A stretch of 63,738 nucleotides of DNA, counting the filler, from Octopus bimaculoides (lineage: Eukaryota): assembly GCF_001194135.2 (NCBI RefSeq). It is 10 parts of 10 records of this genome, joined end to end, with 100 filler letters (N's around TTAATTAATTAA, not from the genome) between each part and the next. Parts side by side here need not be neighbours in the genome. Positions count along the whole stretch, not along the records: positions 49,763 to 52,739 come from NC_069000.1; positions 52,840 to 57,461 come from NC_068990.1; positions 57,562 to 63,738 come from NC_068997.1; 7 more parts are not named here. The stretch is one strand, 5' to 3'. The translations under genes and the position numbers were made by a program. Below, piece after piece: positions 52,160 to 62,914 of this stretch; within the stretch, counting starts at the first letter, position 1; each line of letters opens with the position of its first letter. Below the pieces are notes generated by a model. That model was not told the DNA's origin, did not search any database, and saw only the letters and a program-made list of their open reading frames with translations.

Positions 52160-52230
52160 GGTGTGACTGATTTGAAACTGTAATACTTTCTTTGATTGGC
52201 TATTATATCGAAATCTTAACCAATCAGAAA
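52160..52230 (-). promoter_or_regulatory. Candidate promoter: Inr-like TCAGTC plus two CCAAT boxes
   Basis: TCAGTC on the minus strand at about 52170-52165, ATTGGC at about 52195-52200 and CCAATCAG at about 52220-52227, all about 130-190 nt upstream of the ATG. Confidence 0.4.
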
Positions 52231-52839
52231 CAAACAAAAGTTAAGGCCGACCACAACAGCTGGTCGCTTCAATTTTCTTATGTTAATGAAGCATTTTTTT
52301 TTGTCATTCATAAAGCTTCTGCCTTTGTCAATAATTAATCGAACAAAGTCAATAGTTCTGCTTGCCCGAGACACCTGCCGAAAGGGAGTGAACAATGTAC
52401 CGAATGTTTAGTTTTCATGGTAAAATTGCTGAGTAGTTTAACAATTCTTGCTGCCATCGATACAAAATTTTCGACGAGGAAACATCTACGTGATGATTCG
52501 ACAAGTTAGAAGTAGTAAGCAATTCTTCCTCAAAGCACACTTTCTGCCTGGAAATGAAACTAGTTGGATAATGGCAACTCAGAGAATACTTTTTTGAGCA
52601 TAAGACGAAATGATCACGGCTCGAATATCACGAATCATACGTCTGCCTGCTGAGGGCTGACATGGGACTTCACAAAAACAAATATGTTTAGACCACACCG
52701 TCTTTTATTTCTACTCAGTATATCTAAGACTACATTATTNNNNNNNNNNNNNNNNNNNNNNNNNNNNNNNNNNNNNNNNNNNNTTAATTAATTAANNNNN
52801 NNNNNNNNNNNNNNNNNNNNNNNNNNNNNNNNNNNNNNN

Positions 52840-53140
52840 GGTATGTTTATCTCCGCATCTGCTATATTAGGTGTTAGATGCGTTTCGGTAAGCACCATGC
52901 ATATTGCTTGATTGCATGTAACTAGGTCTTTCAGGTATAGAAACTTGTCTTTGCCGCCTGTTCGTAATAGGCCCCGGATATTCAGTAGGAATATGGGTGT
53001 GATATCTGTGCAGGGGTTCCTGGTGTTAGCAGTGGCCATCCCTGATCCATCATCTGTGGTGGTCTTGGACAATGGTTTGTGTGGTGTTGACTCTGTACCC
53101 TCTGTATCCACGTTAACTGATGTACCATTTTCTGGGCCAT
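52840..53140 (-). mobile_element. CR1-group LINE APE N-terminus (same family as the 15-18 kb copy)
   Basis: PIFLLNIRGLL...NQAICMVLTETHLTPNIADAEINI shows the APE motifs NxRGL and LxETH. Confidence 0.8.
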
Positions 53141-53145
53141 GCTTA

Positions 53146-53460
53146 TCTATATATATAAAGATGAGAATGTGTGTCTGTCTGTCTGTGTGAATCCCTAAAA
53201 CTTGACAACTACGCAACAAATTTCATTCAAATTTTACACATGCCTTACTTCGGGTCCATGTACTGTTTTAGGCCAAAAATTGTTTTAGCTTCATGCCTAG
53301 TGCGAGCCCAGTGCAATATCACATCTCCTCCACTATTGCAGAATTATGTGTCAAAATTGAAACAATAACATCTGTCTATTGTAATGTCAGATATTTTCAC
53401 TTTAATAGTTTCACTTTAATACTGAAACTATTAAAGTGAAACTATTAAAGTGAAACTATC
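53146..53460 (+). mobile_element. Helitron-like 5' part
   Basis: a|TCTATATATATAAAGATGAG start, the same as the 91-bp element, then (TGTC)n and an AT-rich body. A minus-strand 3' hairpin (CACGGGCAACGCCAGG..CTGG) of another copy lies at about 53512-53540. Confidence 0.6.
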
Positions 53461-54184
53461 ATCTCACACATATACAGGCATACATATATACATACATATA
53501 TATAATTTAGTACCAGAGATACCTGGCGTTGCCCGTGTTACATGCAATGGAAAAATTAAACTTTTCTGTTATATTTTCTCTAATGCACTGGAATACCTAT
53601 GATTCGAATTTCATCAAAATTGCAGATGCGGGTTCTTTCAATCTTTACACACCGTAAAAAGATTCTAGTCATGACACATGTATCCCATACTACTGATCTT
53701 TATGCACAGACCCCAAAATTCCAGTCTTATGGAATCTGTTAAAAGGATTTTGCTCCTGAAAAATGGAGGTCATGGAGCTCTAAAATGTGGGAGTTAAGGC
53801 CCCTATTAGGGGTGGGTGTCTTAATGTCAACTAGAGAAGTTGAATTGTTGAGAATCTTTTGAACTTGGGTGTTATATCTATTGTTCGAATTTCTTTGAAA
53901 TAGGAAATATATGTATATTCACTGGGTTTGGAAAAGAGAGCAAAGCTACAGGAAACCAAAAAACGAATGATCACAATAAGCAATCAGCTACCCTACCCTA
54001 GTCGTTACTACTCCCCAATGTTGAATTCCTCACCATACAGGTGACAGGCACAGCCGTAAGATGCATTATGGATGTATAGCAATTTGAAGGGTGTGACCCA
54101 ACTCAAACATTAACAACTGTGTGACGTGAGGAGTACGGGGAAATGTAAGTGTCACCTCTGGAGTTTGCAAATGACCACTAAAGC

Positions 54185-54470
54185 CTAGCCAGGCTCATGA
54201 GCACAGTTTCCCGGTTTCTATGGCGTATGTGTTCCCCCCAGCTGGACGGGACGCCAATCCATCGCAATGTTACTCAAGAAACAGAAAGAAAGAGTGAGAG
54301 AAAGTTGGGGTGAAAGAGTATGACAGGAGTCGCCACCACCCCCTTCCAGAGCCTCGTGAAACTTTAGGTGTTTTTGCTCAATAAACACACACAACGCCAG
54401 GTCTGGGAATTGAAACTGCAATCCTCCGACCACGAGTCCGCTGCCCTAACCACTGGGCCATTGCGCCTCC

Positions 54471-54472
<2 letters not shown>
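54185..54472 (-). mobile_element. tRNA-derived SINE, head/body 1 with tail Y
   Basis: Reverse complement reads GGAGGCGCAATGGCCCAGTGGTTAGG...TTTCAATTCC...TTATTGAGCAAAAACACCTAAAG, then GATTGGCGTCCCGTCCAG...ATGAGCCTGGC. Confidence 0.8.
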
Positions 54473-54510
<38 letters not shown>

Positions 54511-54945
54511 NNNNNNNNNNNNNNNNNNNNNNNNNNNNNNNNNNNNNNNNNNNNNNNNNNNNNNNNNNNNNNNNNNNNNNNNNNNNNNNNNNNNNNNNNN
54601 NNNNNNNNNNNNNNNNNNNNNNNNNNNNNNNNNNNNNNNNNNNNNNNNNNNNNNNNNNNNNNNNNNNNNNNNNNNNNNNNNNNNNNNNNNNNNNNNNNNN
54701 NNNNNNNNNNNNNNNNNNNNNNNNNNNNNNNNNNNNNNNNNNNNNNNNNNNNNNNNNNNNNNNNNNNNNNNNNNNNNNNNNNNNNNNNNNNNNNNNNNNN
54801 NNNNNNNNNNNNNNNNNNNNNNNNNNNNNNCACACACACACATATATATATATACATATATATAAACATATATATATATACATATATATATACACATATA
54901 TCTATATATACATATATTCATATATATATACATATATCTATATAT

Positions 54946-54976
<31 letters not shown>

Positions 54977-55079
54977 CATATAAATTAAACAATGGGGTAA
55001 AAAATTGGATATTAATTAATATCAATTTAATACCAGGTAACTAGCACATGACATGTGATCTTCTTCTAGCACATTACCA

Positions 55080-56465
55080 GTCCACCTAGTGGCATCCTGT
55101 TTATATACTCGTATATATACGGAGCTTCTCTAGGCTGATGACCTTGCTCTAATAACTGAGTCACTATCAGAACTAGAGAAGTTTCAGGTGTGGAAGCAAG
55201 ATCTAGAATTGAAGGGCCTTAGAGTGAATCTAGCAAAAACCAATGTCTTAGTAAGTAGAAAGGTCGACAAATCACAAATCCCTTCAAGTAGATGGTCATG
55301 CTCAATTTGTAGAAAAGGTGAGGGTAGAAACTTTGTAAGATGTAACCGGTGTAAGCTATAGAGACTTAAGAGGTGCAGCAATATCAAAGGAAGGCTACCT
55401 GGGAAGATAGTTTTTGTGTATGGCAAATGCTCTCGGGCAATAAGCACTGAAAATGTGCAAAAAACAGCTTCCGTCACATTCCAGGGGAAAAAAACTAGAA
55501 GTAGTTGATAGCTTCTGTTACCTAGGTGACCAAGTTAGTAGTGGGGGTGGATGCTCTAAGTGTAGCGGCTAGAATAAGAATAGCCTGGGCAAAATTCAGA
55601 GAGCTCATACCTCTGCTGGTGACAAAGGGCCTCTCACTAAGAATGAAAGATAGACTGTATGAGGCATGCGTGTCAACAGCCATGCTACACAGCAGTGAAA
55701 CACAGGCTGTGACTGCTGTGGACATGTGTAAGCTTGCAATAAATGAAGCTAGTATGCTCTGCTGGATGTGTAATGTCAGTGTGCATACATGACAGAGTGT
55801 AAGCACCCTGAGAGAAAAGTCTGACATGAGAAGCATTAAATGTGTTGTGCAAGAGAGATGAGTGCACTGCTATGGTCATGTGTTGCATTTGGATGAGGAC
55901 AGCTGTGTGAATAAGTGCCATACCCTAACAGTAGAGGCTACCTGTGGAAGAGATAGACCCAGGATGAGATAGTGAAGTAAGACCTTTAAATGTTGGGCCT
56001 CACAGAGGCAATGACAAGCAACCAAGACCTTTTGAGAAATGCTGTGCTTGAGAACACTTGGCAGGCCAAGTGAGACTGTAACCATGGCCTATGCCAGTGT
56101 TGCATTACCAGCCCATTTAAGAGTACCCTTCAATCATTGGGTAATAAACTGTGCTTAAGACCTGTTGAGTTAAGTGAAATCAATGTCATGGCCGATGGCA
56201 GTACTGGCTGAATGACACTCATGCTGGTGGCACATAAAAAGCAACATTCAAGCATGGTCGATGCCAGTACTGGCCCTCATGCCAGTGGCATGTAAAAAGC
56301 ACACATTACACTCTCAGAGTGGTTGGCTTTAGGAAGGGCATCCAGCTGTAGAAACCTTGCCAGATCAGATTGGAACCTGGTGCAGCCTTTTGGCTTGCCA
56401 ATCCTCAGTCAAACCGTCAAACCCATGCCAGCATGGAAAGCGGATGTTAAACTATGATGATAATG
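55080..56465 (+). mobile_element. 5'-truncated, decayed RTE-clade LINE with 3' UTR and (GAT)n tail
   Basis: ADDLAL, GLRVNLAKT, VDSFCYLGD and RIRIAWAKFRELIPLL..KDRLYEACV..AMLHSSET. The 3' UTR ends CATGCCAGCATGGAAAGCGGATGTTAAACTATGATGAT. Confidence 0.9.
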
Positions 56466-56769
56466 ATGTTCCTCCACCCTTCTCTAATTCCCTTTTTCTC
56501 CCCTTCACCATTTTCTATCTGTTTCTCTCTTTCTCTGTCATTGCCCACACGTGACCATCTTTCTTTTTCTGCATGGATGTTCAAAGGACTGGACGTTTTC
56601 TTTCTGTCTTCTACTTTTCTCTTTACAAAGAAAATATTTCTCCCAGCATTCAATATTTTCCTCTTGTTCTGGTCGAATGACACTCCATATTTGTCTTCAT
56701 TCCATTTCCTTGTATGTCTCCACTGTCCTTTTTTGTTTCCTGCTTTGACCCTCCATAAATCCTAAATTT

Positions 56770-57150
56770 TATTTTAGAATTTAAAGGAGCAACTGTCTTT
56801 GAAGATTTATATTGTCGTTTAAAGCTCGAAATGAGGAGTAGTTAGACAGGCAACAACTGTTGAAGGGTCGTTCTCTGTGTATACTTTTTTTCCCAATAAC
56901 AATAATAATATGACTTGAGATGTTTGCCTTGCCTTAACGTTTGTTGTCCTATTTATATGTATATATATAAAATGTAACCACATGTGACTCGTTGGCGATT
57001 TTCTTCCTCCATCTTCCTTTCTATTGGACTTTTCTCTGTTTCTGAAGAAGAGCATTGCTGGAAACATTAAACCATCCTTCTTTCCTTTCCTGAGCGTCTG
57101 CTAATACTTTACATGTATTATGTCCTCATTGTTTTTTTGCTTTTTCTTTG
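56770..57150 (+). mobile_element. Penelope-associated repeat with a minimal hammerhead motif (57037-57072)
   Basis: GTTT-CTGAAGA-AGAGCATTGCTG-GAAACATT-AAAC. Co-linear with 37195-37370. Confidence 0.6.
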
Positions 57151-57171
57151 TTCATCTTGTTTTAGATTTAC

Positions 57172-57215
<44 letters not shown>

Positions 57216-57242
57216 CATACATACATACATATATATATATAC

Positions 57243-57320
57243 TAGCAGAAATACCTGGCTTTGCCCGGGTTAAAGAGAATAATGAAATCTAAAAACGCTG
57301 TCTAGACTACGCAACCCTCA
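57243..57320 (-). mobile_element. Helitron-like 3' end
   Basis: CTAGCAGAAATACCTGGCTTTGCCCGGGTTAAAGAGAATAATGAAATCTAAAAACGCTGTCTAGACTACGCA is nearly identical to 49386-49457. Confidence 0.75.
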
Positions 57321-57586
57321 ACTGTTAGTAGCTATGATACCATATTTCTACATTAATAACTCTCCAATCCATGCCAGCATGGAACATAGACATTAAGTGG
57401 AATGCCAGTCTCTCATCTACGAGGGCCTTGAAATCAATGTTACCAACTGGGGACTATGTGTNNNNNNNNNNNNNNNNNNNNNNNNNNNNNNNNNNNNNNN
57501 NNNNNTTAATTAATTAANNNNNNNNNNNNNNNNNNNNNNNNNNNNNNNNNNNNNNNNNNNNATATATATATATATATATTTATATA

Positions 57587-57670
<84 letters not shown>

Positions 57671-58129
57671 CATACACATGATGCATAATTACATGTACGC
57701 ACGTGTGTGTATGTATGTGTGCATGTGCATGCATGTGTGTGCATGCATGTGTGTGCATGCGTTTGTGTGTATTCTGGTAGACCGGGTATTTTTCTGGGTT
57801 CTGTTCTTTCTATATAGTCTTAAGTTCATAAAGAGGACAGAAGTTGGGACATGTGAATGGTTTAGTCGGTTTTGGTAACATCATCACAAGAGGATATGGG
57901 TTACAAAATAACCAAAATGCCTGTTAGAATCCAGTTGAGACCAACACACATTGTTTTTCCATCTAGTTAACATCTAGGCCAGTGTTTTGTCAAGGTAGGG
58001 TGTATACCTCACCAGTGGGGTGTGGTGATATATTTATTGGGGCTTGGGTTACTTCAGAATTGGGCATAAGGAACAAGTGAGTATAACTATAACTTGAAAT
58101 TAAATTTTAATTAAAGCTTGTGTGTGTGT

Positions 58130-58330
58130 GTGTGGAGAGGATGGATGAGAAGCAGATGGTAAGGAGGGTGATGAAGGCAGAAGTGGTAGGCAGCAGAACC
58201 AGAGGCAGAGCTCAGTTTGAGTGAATGGATGGAGTGAGAAAAGCTTTGGTGGTTAGAGGTGTTGGAGTGAGAGAGGCAAGAGAGTTTACAAATGATAGGA
58301 AAGCTTGGAGAGTGTTTGTGGGCGGATGAG
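58130..58330 (+). mobile_element. RTE LINE extreme C-terminus
   Basis: KAEVVGSRTRGR...MDGVRKALVVRGVGVREAREFTNDRKAWR. Confidence 0.7.
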
Positions 58331-58570
58331 TGAATTTGATGTTGCTCAATGGGGTACGGAAACAGCATAATGTGGCAGGGGTAAACCAGCATATGCTGTT
58401 GGGCCCCACTGCTGATATTGGGGGTTGCATTCTATGTCTTGACCCGAGCATAGAATGGCGCTCATCTCTTTGAGCTGAGAAATGAATGGAAAGCCTGGTG
58501 TGTGTCTTGTTGTGGCTACCTACTCCTAAAAAATTGGGGAATAGGCCTGAGTATATAAGGAAATAATATA

Positions 58571-59706
58571 TCAGGATGGGTGAAAAGTAAGCAATGTTTT
58601 GAAACATGAAACTCATCACAATATATTTTGACAATGCGGAAATTTTATTCATCAAAGTACCATTACAATCAACACATTTTTGCCAACAAGATACAAGTTT
58701 GTTTATTCCAGTATCATAATAATCTGAAGCCTTGGTGCTGATGAACTCTTTGAATGCACTTTCAGCATCAGTTTGATGTTTGAACTCCTTCTCTCACAGG
58801 AAACCATGAAAGTCCTTGAAAACGTGGTAGTCGGTAGGAGAAAGGTCTGGAGAATAAGTTGGGTGAGGAAGAACTTCATAGCCAAGTTCCTTTAACTTCT
58901 GGAGTGTCATTAATGAAACATGTGATCGCGCATTGTCATGAAGAATGATTGGCCCTCTTCTGTTGACCAGTCTGGGACAGAGGAGTAGCAGTTTTCTGTT
59001 CATTTTGGCAATTTCATGGCAATATGTTTCTGCACTAATGGCTTTTCCGGGTTTTAAGAAGCTATAGTGGATCATTCCAGCAGTACGTCACCAAACAGTC
59101 ACCATAATCTTCTTTTTGAAGAGCTCAGGTCTAGGAAAGATTTTCAGTGCTTCATTTTGGCCCAACCACTGTGAAGAATCCACTTTTCATCGCAAGTTAC
59201 AATATGGTTGAGAAATGGATTGGTCTGGTTATGGAGAAGTGATGAGCAAATTTCATATCTGCACAGTTTATGATTTTCACTCAAATCATGTGGTACCCAT
59301 TTGTCAAATGGTTGCAGGCAGTTTTCTGGCTAGCTTGAAGTTCTTTTGTCAGTTCTCAAGTGGTTTTACATGGATCTTTCTCAATGATGATCTTCAAGGC
59401 TCAGGTCTCCTCTGTAAAATCATTTAAACCATTTTTGAGCTGACCACTCACTAGTCATTTCCTTGCCAAATGTTTCATTGATATTGGGAGCAGTTTCAGC
59501 TGCCTTATGTCCTTTTTTGAAGTTGAATAGCAAAATTGTTTGACTATTGTGCTTTGACAGTTCCATTTCAGATGATTGTAACAACAGCGAAAAAAGTATC
59601 AATGTTACAATTGCAAAAAAATGTTTAAAAAAAATTCAAAACTCTGCTAAAACCCAGTACAAATTCTTCATGGTTCAAAGCGTTGCATACTTTTTACTCA
59701 ACTTGA
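58571..59706 (-). mobile_element. Mariner (DD34D) DNA transposon, decayed, about 1.14 kb, with both TIRs
   Basis: ILLFNFKKGHKAAETA, VPHDLSENHK, IVTCDEKWI, ILHDNAR and HPTYSPDLSPTDYHVF. The left TIR TCAGGATGGGTGAAAAGTAAGCAATGTTTTGAAACATGAA (preceded by TA) matches the reverse-complemented right end TCAAGTTGAGTAAAAAGTATGCAACGCTTTGAACCATGAA. Confidence 0.92.
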
Positions 59707-59769
59707 TGTGTGTGTGTGTGTGTGTGCGTGAAAGAAGCCCATCATATATATATAAATATATATATGTAT

Positions 59770-59995
59770 GTATGTATATATTTATGTGAGTATGTTTGTC
59801 CCCCACCACCAATGCTTGACAACCGATGTTGGTGTGTTTGCTTTCCCATAACTTAGCTGTTCAGCAGAAGAGACTGATAGAATAAACTCCAGGCTTACAA
59901 GGAATAAGCCCAGGGGTCAATTTCTTTGACTAAAGGCCGGTGCTCCAGCATGGCCACCGTCAAATGACTGAAACAAGTAAAAGAATAAAAGAATA
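59770..59995 (+). mobile_element. SINE family C 3' part
   Basis: GCTTGACAACCGATGTTGGTGTGTTT...CCAGCATGGCCACCGTCAAATGACTGAAACAAGTAAAAGAATAAAAG. Confidence 0.85.
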
Positions 59996-60429
59996 CGAGG
60001 AGAATGTTCCATACCACTAAACCAAGAAGGTTCTTTGAATATGTACGATGTCTTTTAAGGTTAAATAGTAATTCTGTTTACGTTTGCGTAACTGAGATAT
60101 TTTGGTTGGATTATATAAGTTATCAGTTTTACACTTCTTTCTATATTCTGTAACTGTCACAATATAGAAACACTTCTCATGGCACCAACGCACAATTTAC
60201 AGATGCTTACATTTTTTATGATTTCCATCAAGTTTTCACGGGTCCAGCTAGTATATATATATAAATTGTTTCAGGAAACAGAAGATGGATTTGGTATTAG
60301 TCTTTACTTTGTGCAATGATTATTTCGACTCATTCTTTGACTGTCCAGTGGAAATATACTACAACTGCAGATGACACTAGGTAGCCCAGATTGTGCCAGT
60401 GCTTTACTCAACACATCAGCAATGATTGT

Positions 60430-60550
60430 GCAGTAAGAAGTTTGCTTTTCATCCCATTGCATGATACCTTGGGTAAGTGCCTTCTACTATAGCCTTGGGC
60501 CAATCAAAACCTTTTGAATGGATTTAGGTTGACAAAAACTGAAAGAAGCA
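60430..60550 (+). mobile_element. SINE family C 5' part
   Basis: TAAGAAGTTTGCTT...CTTGGGTAAGTGCCTTCTACTATAGCCTTGGGCC...AAACTGAAAGAAGC. Confidence 0.7.
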
Positions 60551-61019
60551 CCGCCTCCACACCACTATCACCACCACCACCACACCACCACAGCCACCAC
60601 CACCACCACCACCAGGAACACTAAAAGCAGCAGCAACAACAACAACAACCTTTCTCCCCTAACATTATCCTAAAGTAATCAGATCTCTAGCAAGTGGACC
60701 TGACTGGACTCTGCTGGATATCCTCCCCACTGTCCTCCTCCTTTCTCTCTCTCTCTCTCTCTTGCTCTGCTCCCCCCTATATCTTCTCCTCCTACTCTCT
60801 ACAGAGGCAAGGGCCAGACCTGACCAGAACCCTGATGAAGAAATCTGCTGTCCCCTCCCCACTCCCGACAGTTAGGTGAAGTGAGGTGTGTGATATGATA
60901 TGATGTGAGTTCAGTGAGTTTAGTGGGGGACTTATTCTGACAGGGCCATGTCAAGTTTTGGCAGGGTTTGAGGTATGAAGGGGTCATTTAGTGTAATGGT
61001 ATTGTTTATGGCTAACAGA

Positions 61020-61082
61020 GCTAGTGGTAGCAGGGATGGCTGTGGTCATGGTGGTTGTTCAGCTAGTAGTGGTTGCTTTGGT

Positions 61083-61132
<50 letters not shown>

Positions 61133-61154
61133 CAGTAGTAGCAGTAGTAGTAGA

Positions 61155-61189
<35 letters not shown>

Positions 61190-61192
61190 TAA

Positions 61193-61225
<33 letters not shown>

Positions 61226-61226
61226 A

Positions 61227-61258
<32 letters not shown>

Positions 61259-61400
61259 AAGTAGTAGTAGTAGCAGCAATGGTGGTAGTTGTAGTAGTGG
61301 CAACACCGGTGGTGGTGGTGGTGGTGGTAGTAGTAGTAATGGGGACAGGGGTGGTGGTGGCTGTAGTAGTTGTAGTAGTGGTGGTGGTGGTGGTGGTGAC
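61020..61400. repeat. Compound trinucleotide microsatellite (AGT/AGC/GGT)
   Basis: Visible directly. It is the source of the poly-S/V/L ORFs. Confidence 0.95.
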
Positions 61401-61799
61401 AGTGGGAGGTTTCTCATAGATGCAGAATCAACCAGTGATAATACAGCAAGGGAAAGGGTGTAATATAAGCCAGAAAAACCCTTCACCTCCACCTTCACCA
61501 CCTACAACTACTGACCCCCACCCAGTTATAAAACTCAGATAAAACCCATATTAGCACACTGCTTCCATGCCTCAGATGGTGCTGCTGTTGCTGCACCCTG
61601 ACATCTTACACTGTATCAAGAGAAAGGTGACTTGACTGATTGCCATAAGGACACTCGCAAAATACACTCCAACCTTCAATCCACATCCATGGGCTAAAAG
61701 ATGCGGGTTGTTTGATAGGAGTAAATAGCACATCAAACTGTGATTTGATATTTATCAGTGATGTTCCCTAGGGAATTTCTATATTCTGAATTATAAGGC

Positions 61800-61889
61800 A
61801 GCTAGCTGGCAGAAACATTAGCATGCCAGTATGTTCTGAGTTCGAATTCCACAGAGGTCAACTTTACCTTTCATCCTTTCTGGGGGGGG
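61800..61889 (+). mobile_element. SINE family D head
   Basis: GCTGGCAGAAACATTAGCATGCC...GAGTTCGAATTCC.CAGAGGTCAACTTTACCTTTCATCCTTTC. Confidence 0.75.
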
Positions 61890-62617
61890 NNNNNNNNNNN
61901 NNNNNNNNNNNNNNNNNNNNNNNNNNNNNNNNNNNNNNNNNNNNNNNNNNNNNNNNNNNNNNNNNNNNNNNNNNNNNNNNNNNNNNNNNNNNNNNNNNNN
62001 NNNNNNNNNNNNNNNNNNNNNNNNNNNNNNNNNNNNNNNNNNNNNNNNNNNNNNNNNNNNNNNNNNNNNNNNNNNNNNNNNNNNNNNNNNNNNNNNNNNN
62101 NNNNNNNNNNNNNNNNNNNNNNNNNNNNNNNNNNNNNNNNNNNNNNNNNNNNNNNNNNNNNNNNNNNNNNNNNNNNNNNNNNNNNNNNNNNNNNNNNNNN
62201 NNNNNNNNNNNNNNNNNNNNNNNNNNNNNNNNNNNNNNNNNNNNNNNNNNNNNNNNNNNNNNNNNNNNNNNNNNNNNNNNNNNNNNNNNNNNNNNNNNNN
62301 NNNNNNNNNNNNNNNNNNNNNNNNNNNNNNNNNNNNNNNNNNNNNNNNNNNNNNNNNNNNNNNNNNNNNNNNNNNNNNNNNNNNNNNNNNNNNNNNNNNN
62401 NNNNNNNNNNNNNNNNNNNNNNNNNNNNNNNNNNNNNNNNNNNNNNNNNNNNNNNNNNNNNNNNNNNNNNNNNNNNNNNNNNNNNNNNNNNNNNNNNNNN
62501 NNNNNNNNNNNNNNNNNNNNNNNNNNNNNNNNNNNNNNNNNNNNNNNNNNNNNNNNNNNNNNNNNNNNNNNNNNNNNNNNTAACTGAAAGATTTTCCCTG
62601 TGTTTTAACACCTGGCA

Positions 62618-62820
62618 CTTTGAGGGAGTTTTCTCTGCTGTGCTTAAATCTCGGCCTACTGGCAGGGAGTGATTTGGAGATGGACGGATGTGTGCATGCA
62701 TGCATACATACATACATACTGACGCTTTGAGGGAATTATCCCCACTGTGCTAGATTTCAACCTACTGGCAGGGAAAGTTGTCTCAGATATGGATGTATGC
62801 GTGCATGCATGCATACATAC
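62618..62820. repeat. About 107-bp tandem duplication ending in (CATG/CATA)n
   Basis: CTTTGAGGGA...CTGTGCT...CCTACTGGCAGGGA...GCATGCATGCATACATAC starts at 62618 and at about 62725. Confidence 0.75.
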
Positions 62821-62914
62821 ATACACATACACACACAAATACATACATACATACAAACATACATACATACAAACATACATACATACATGTTTTATCTTTT
62901 ACTTTCTGCAGTTA

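Noticed and set aside
13640-57517. Identical TTAATTAATTAA motif recurring nine times
   Set aside because: It is always centred in an N44...N44 gap and has stops in all six frames, so it is an assembly spacer and not biology.
6092-62717. Long ORFs containing X runs
   Set aside because: They are open only because N gaps contain no stops, and their flanks are dinucleotide or tetranucleotide repeats.
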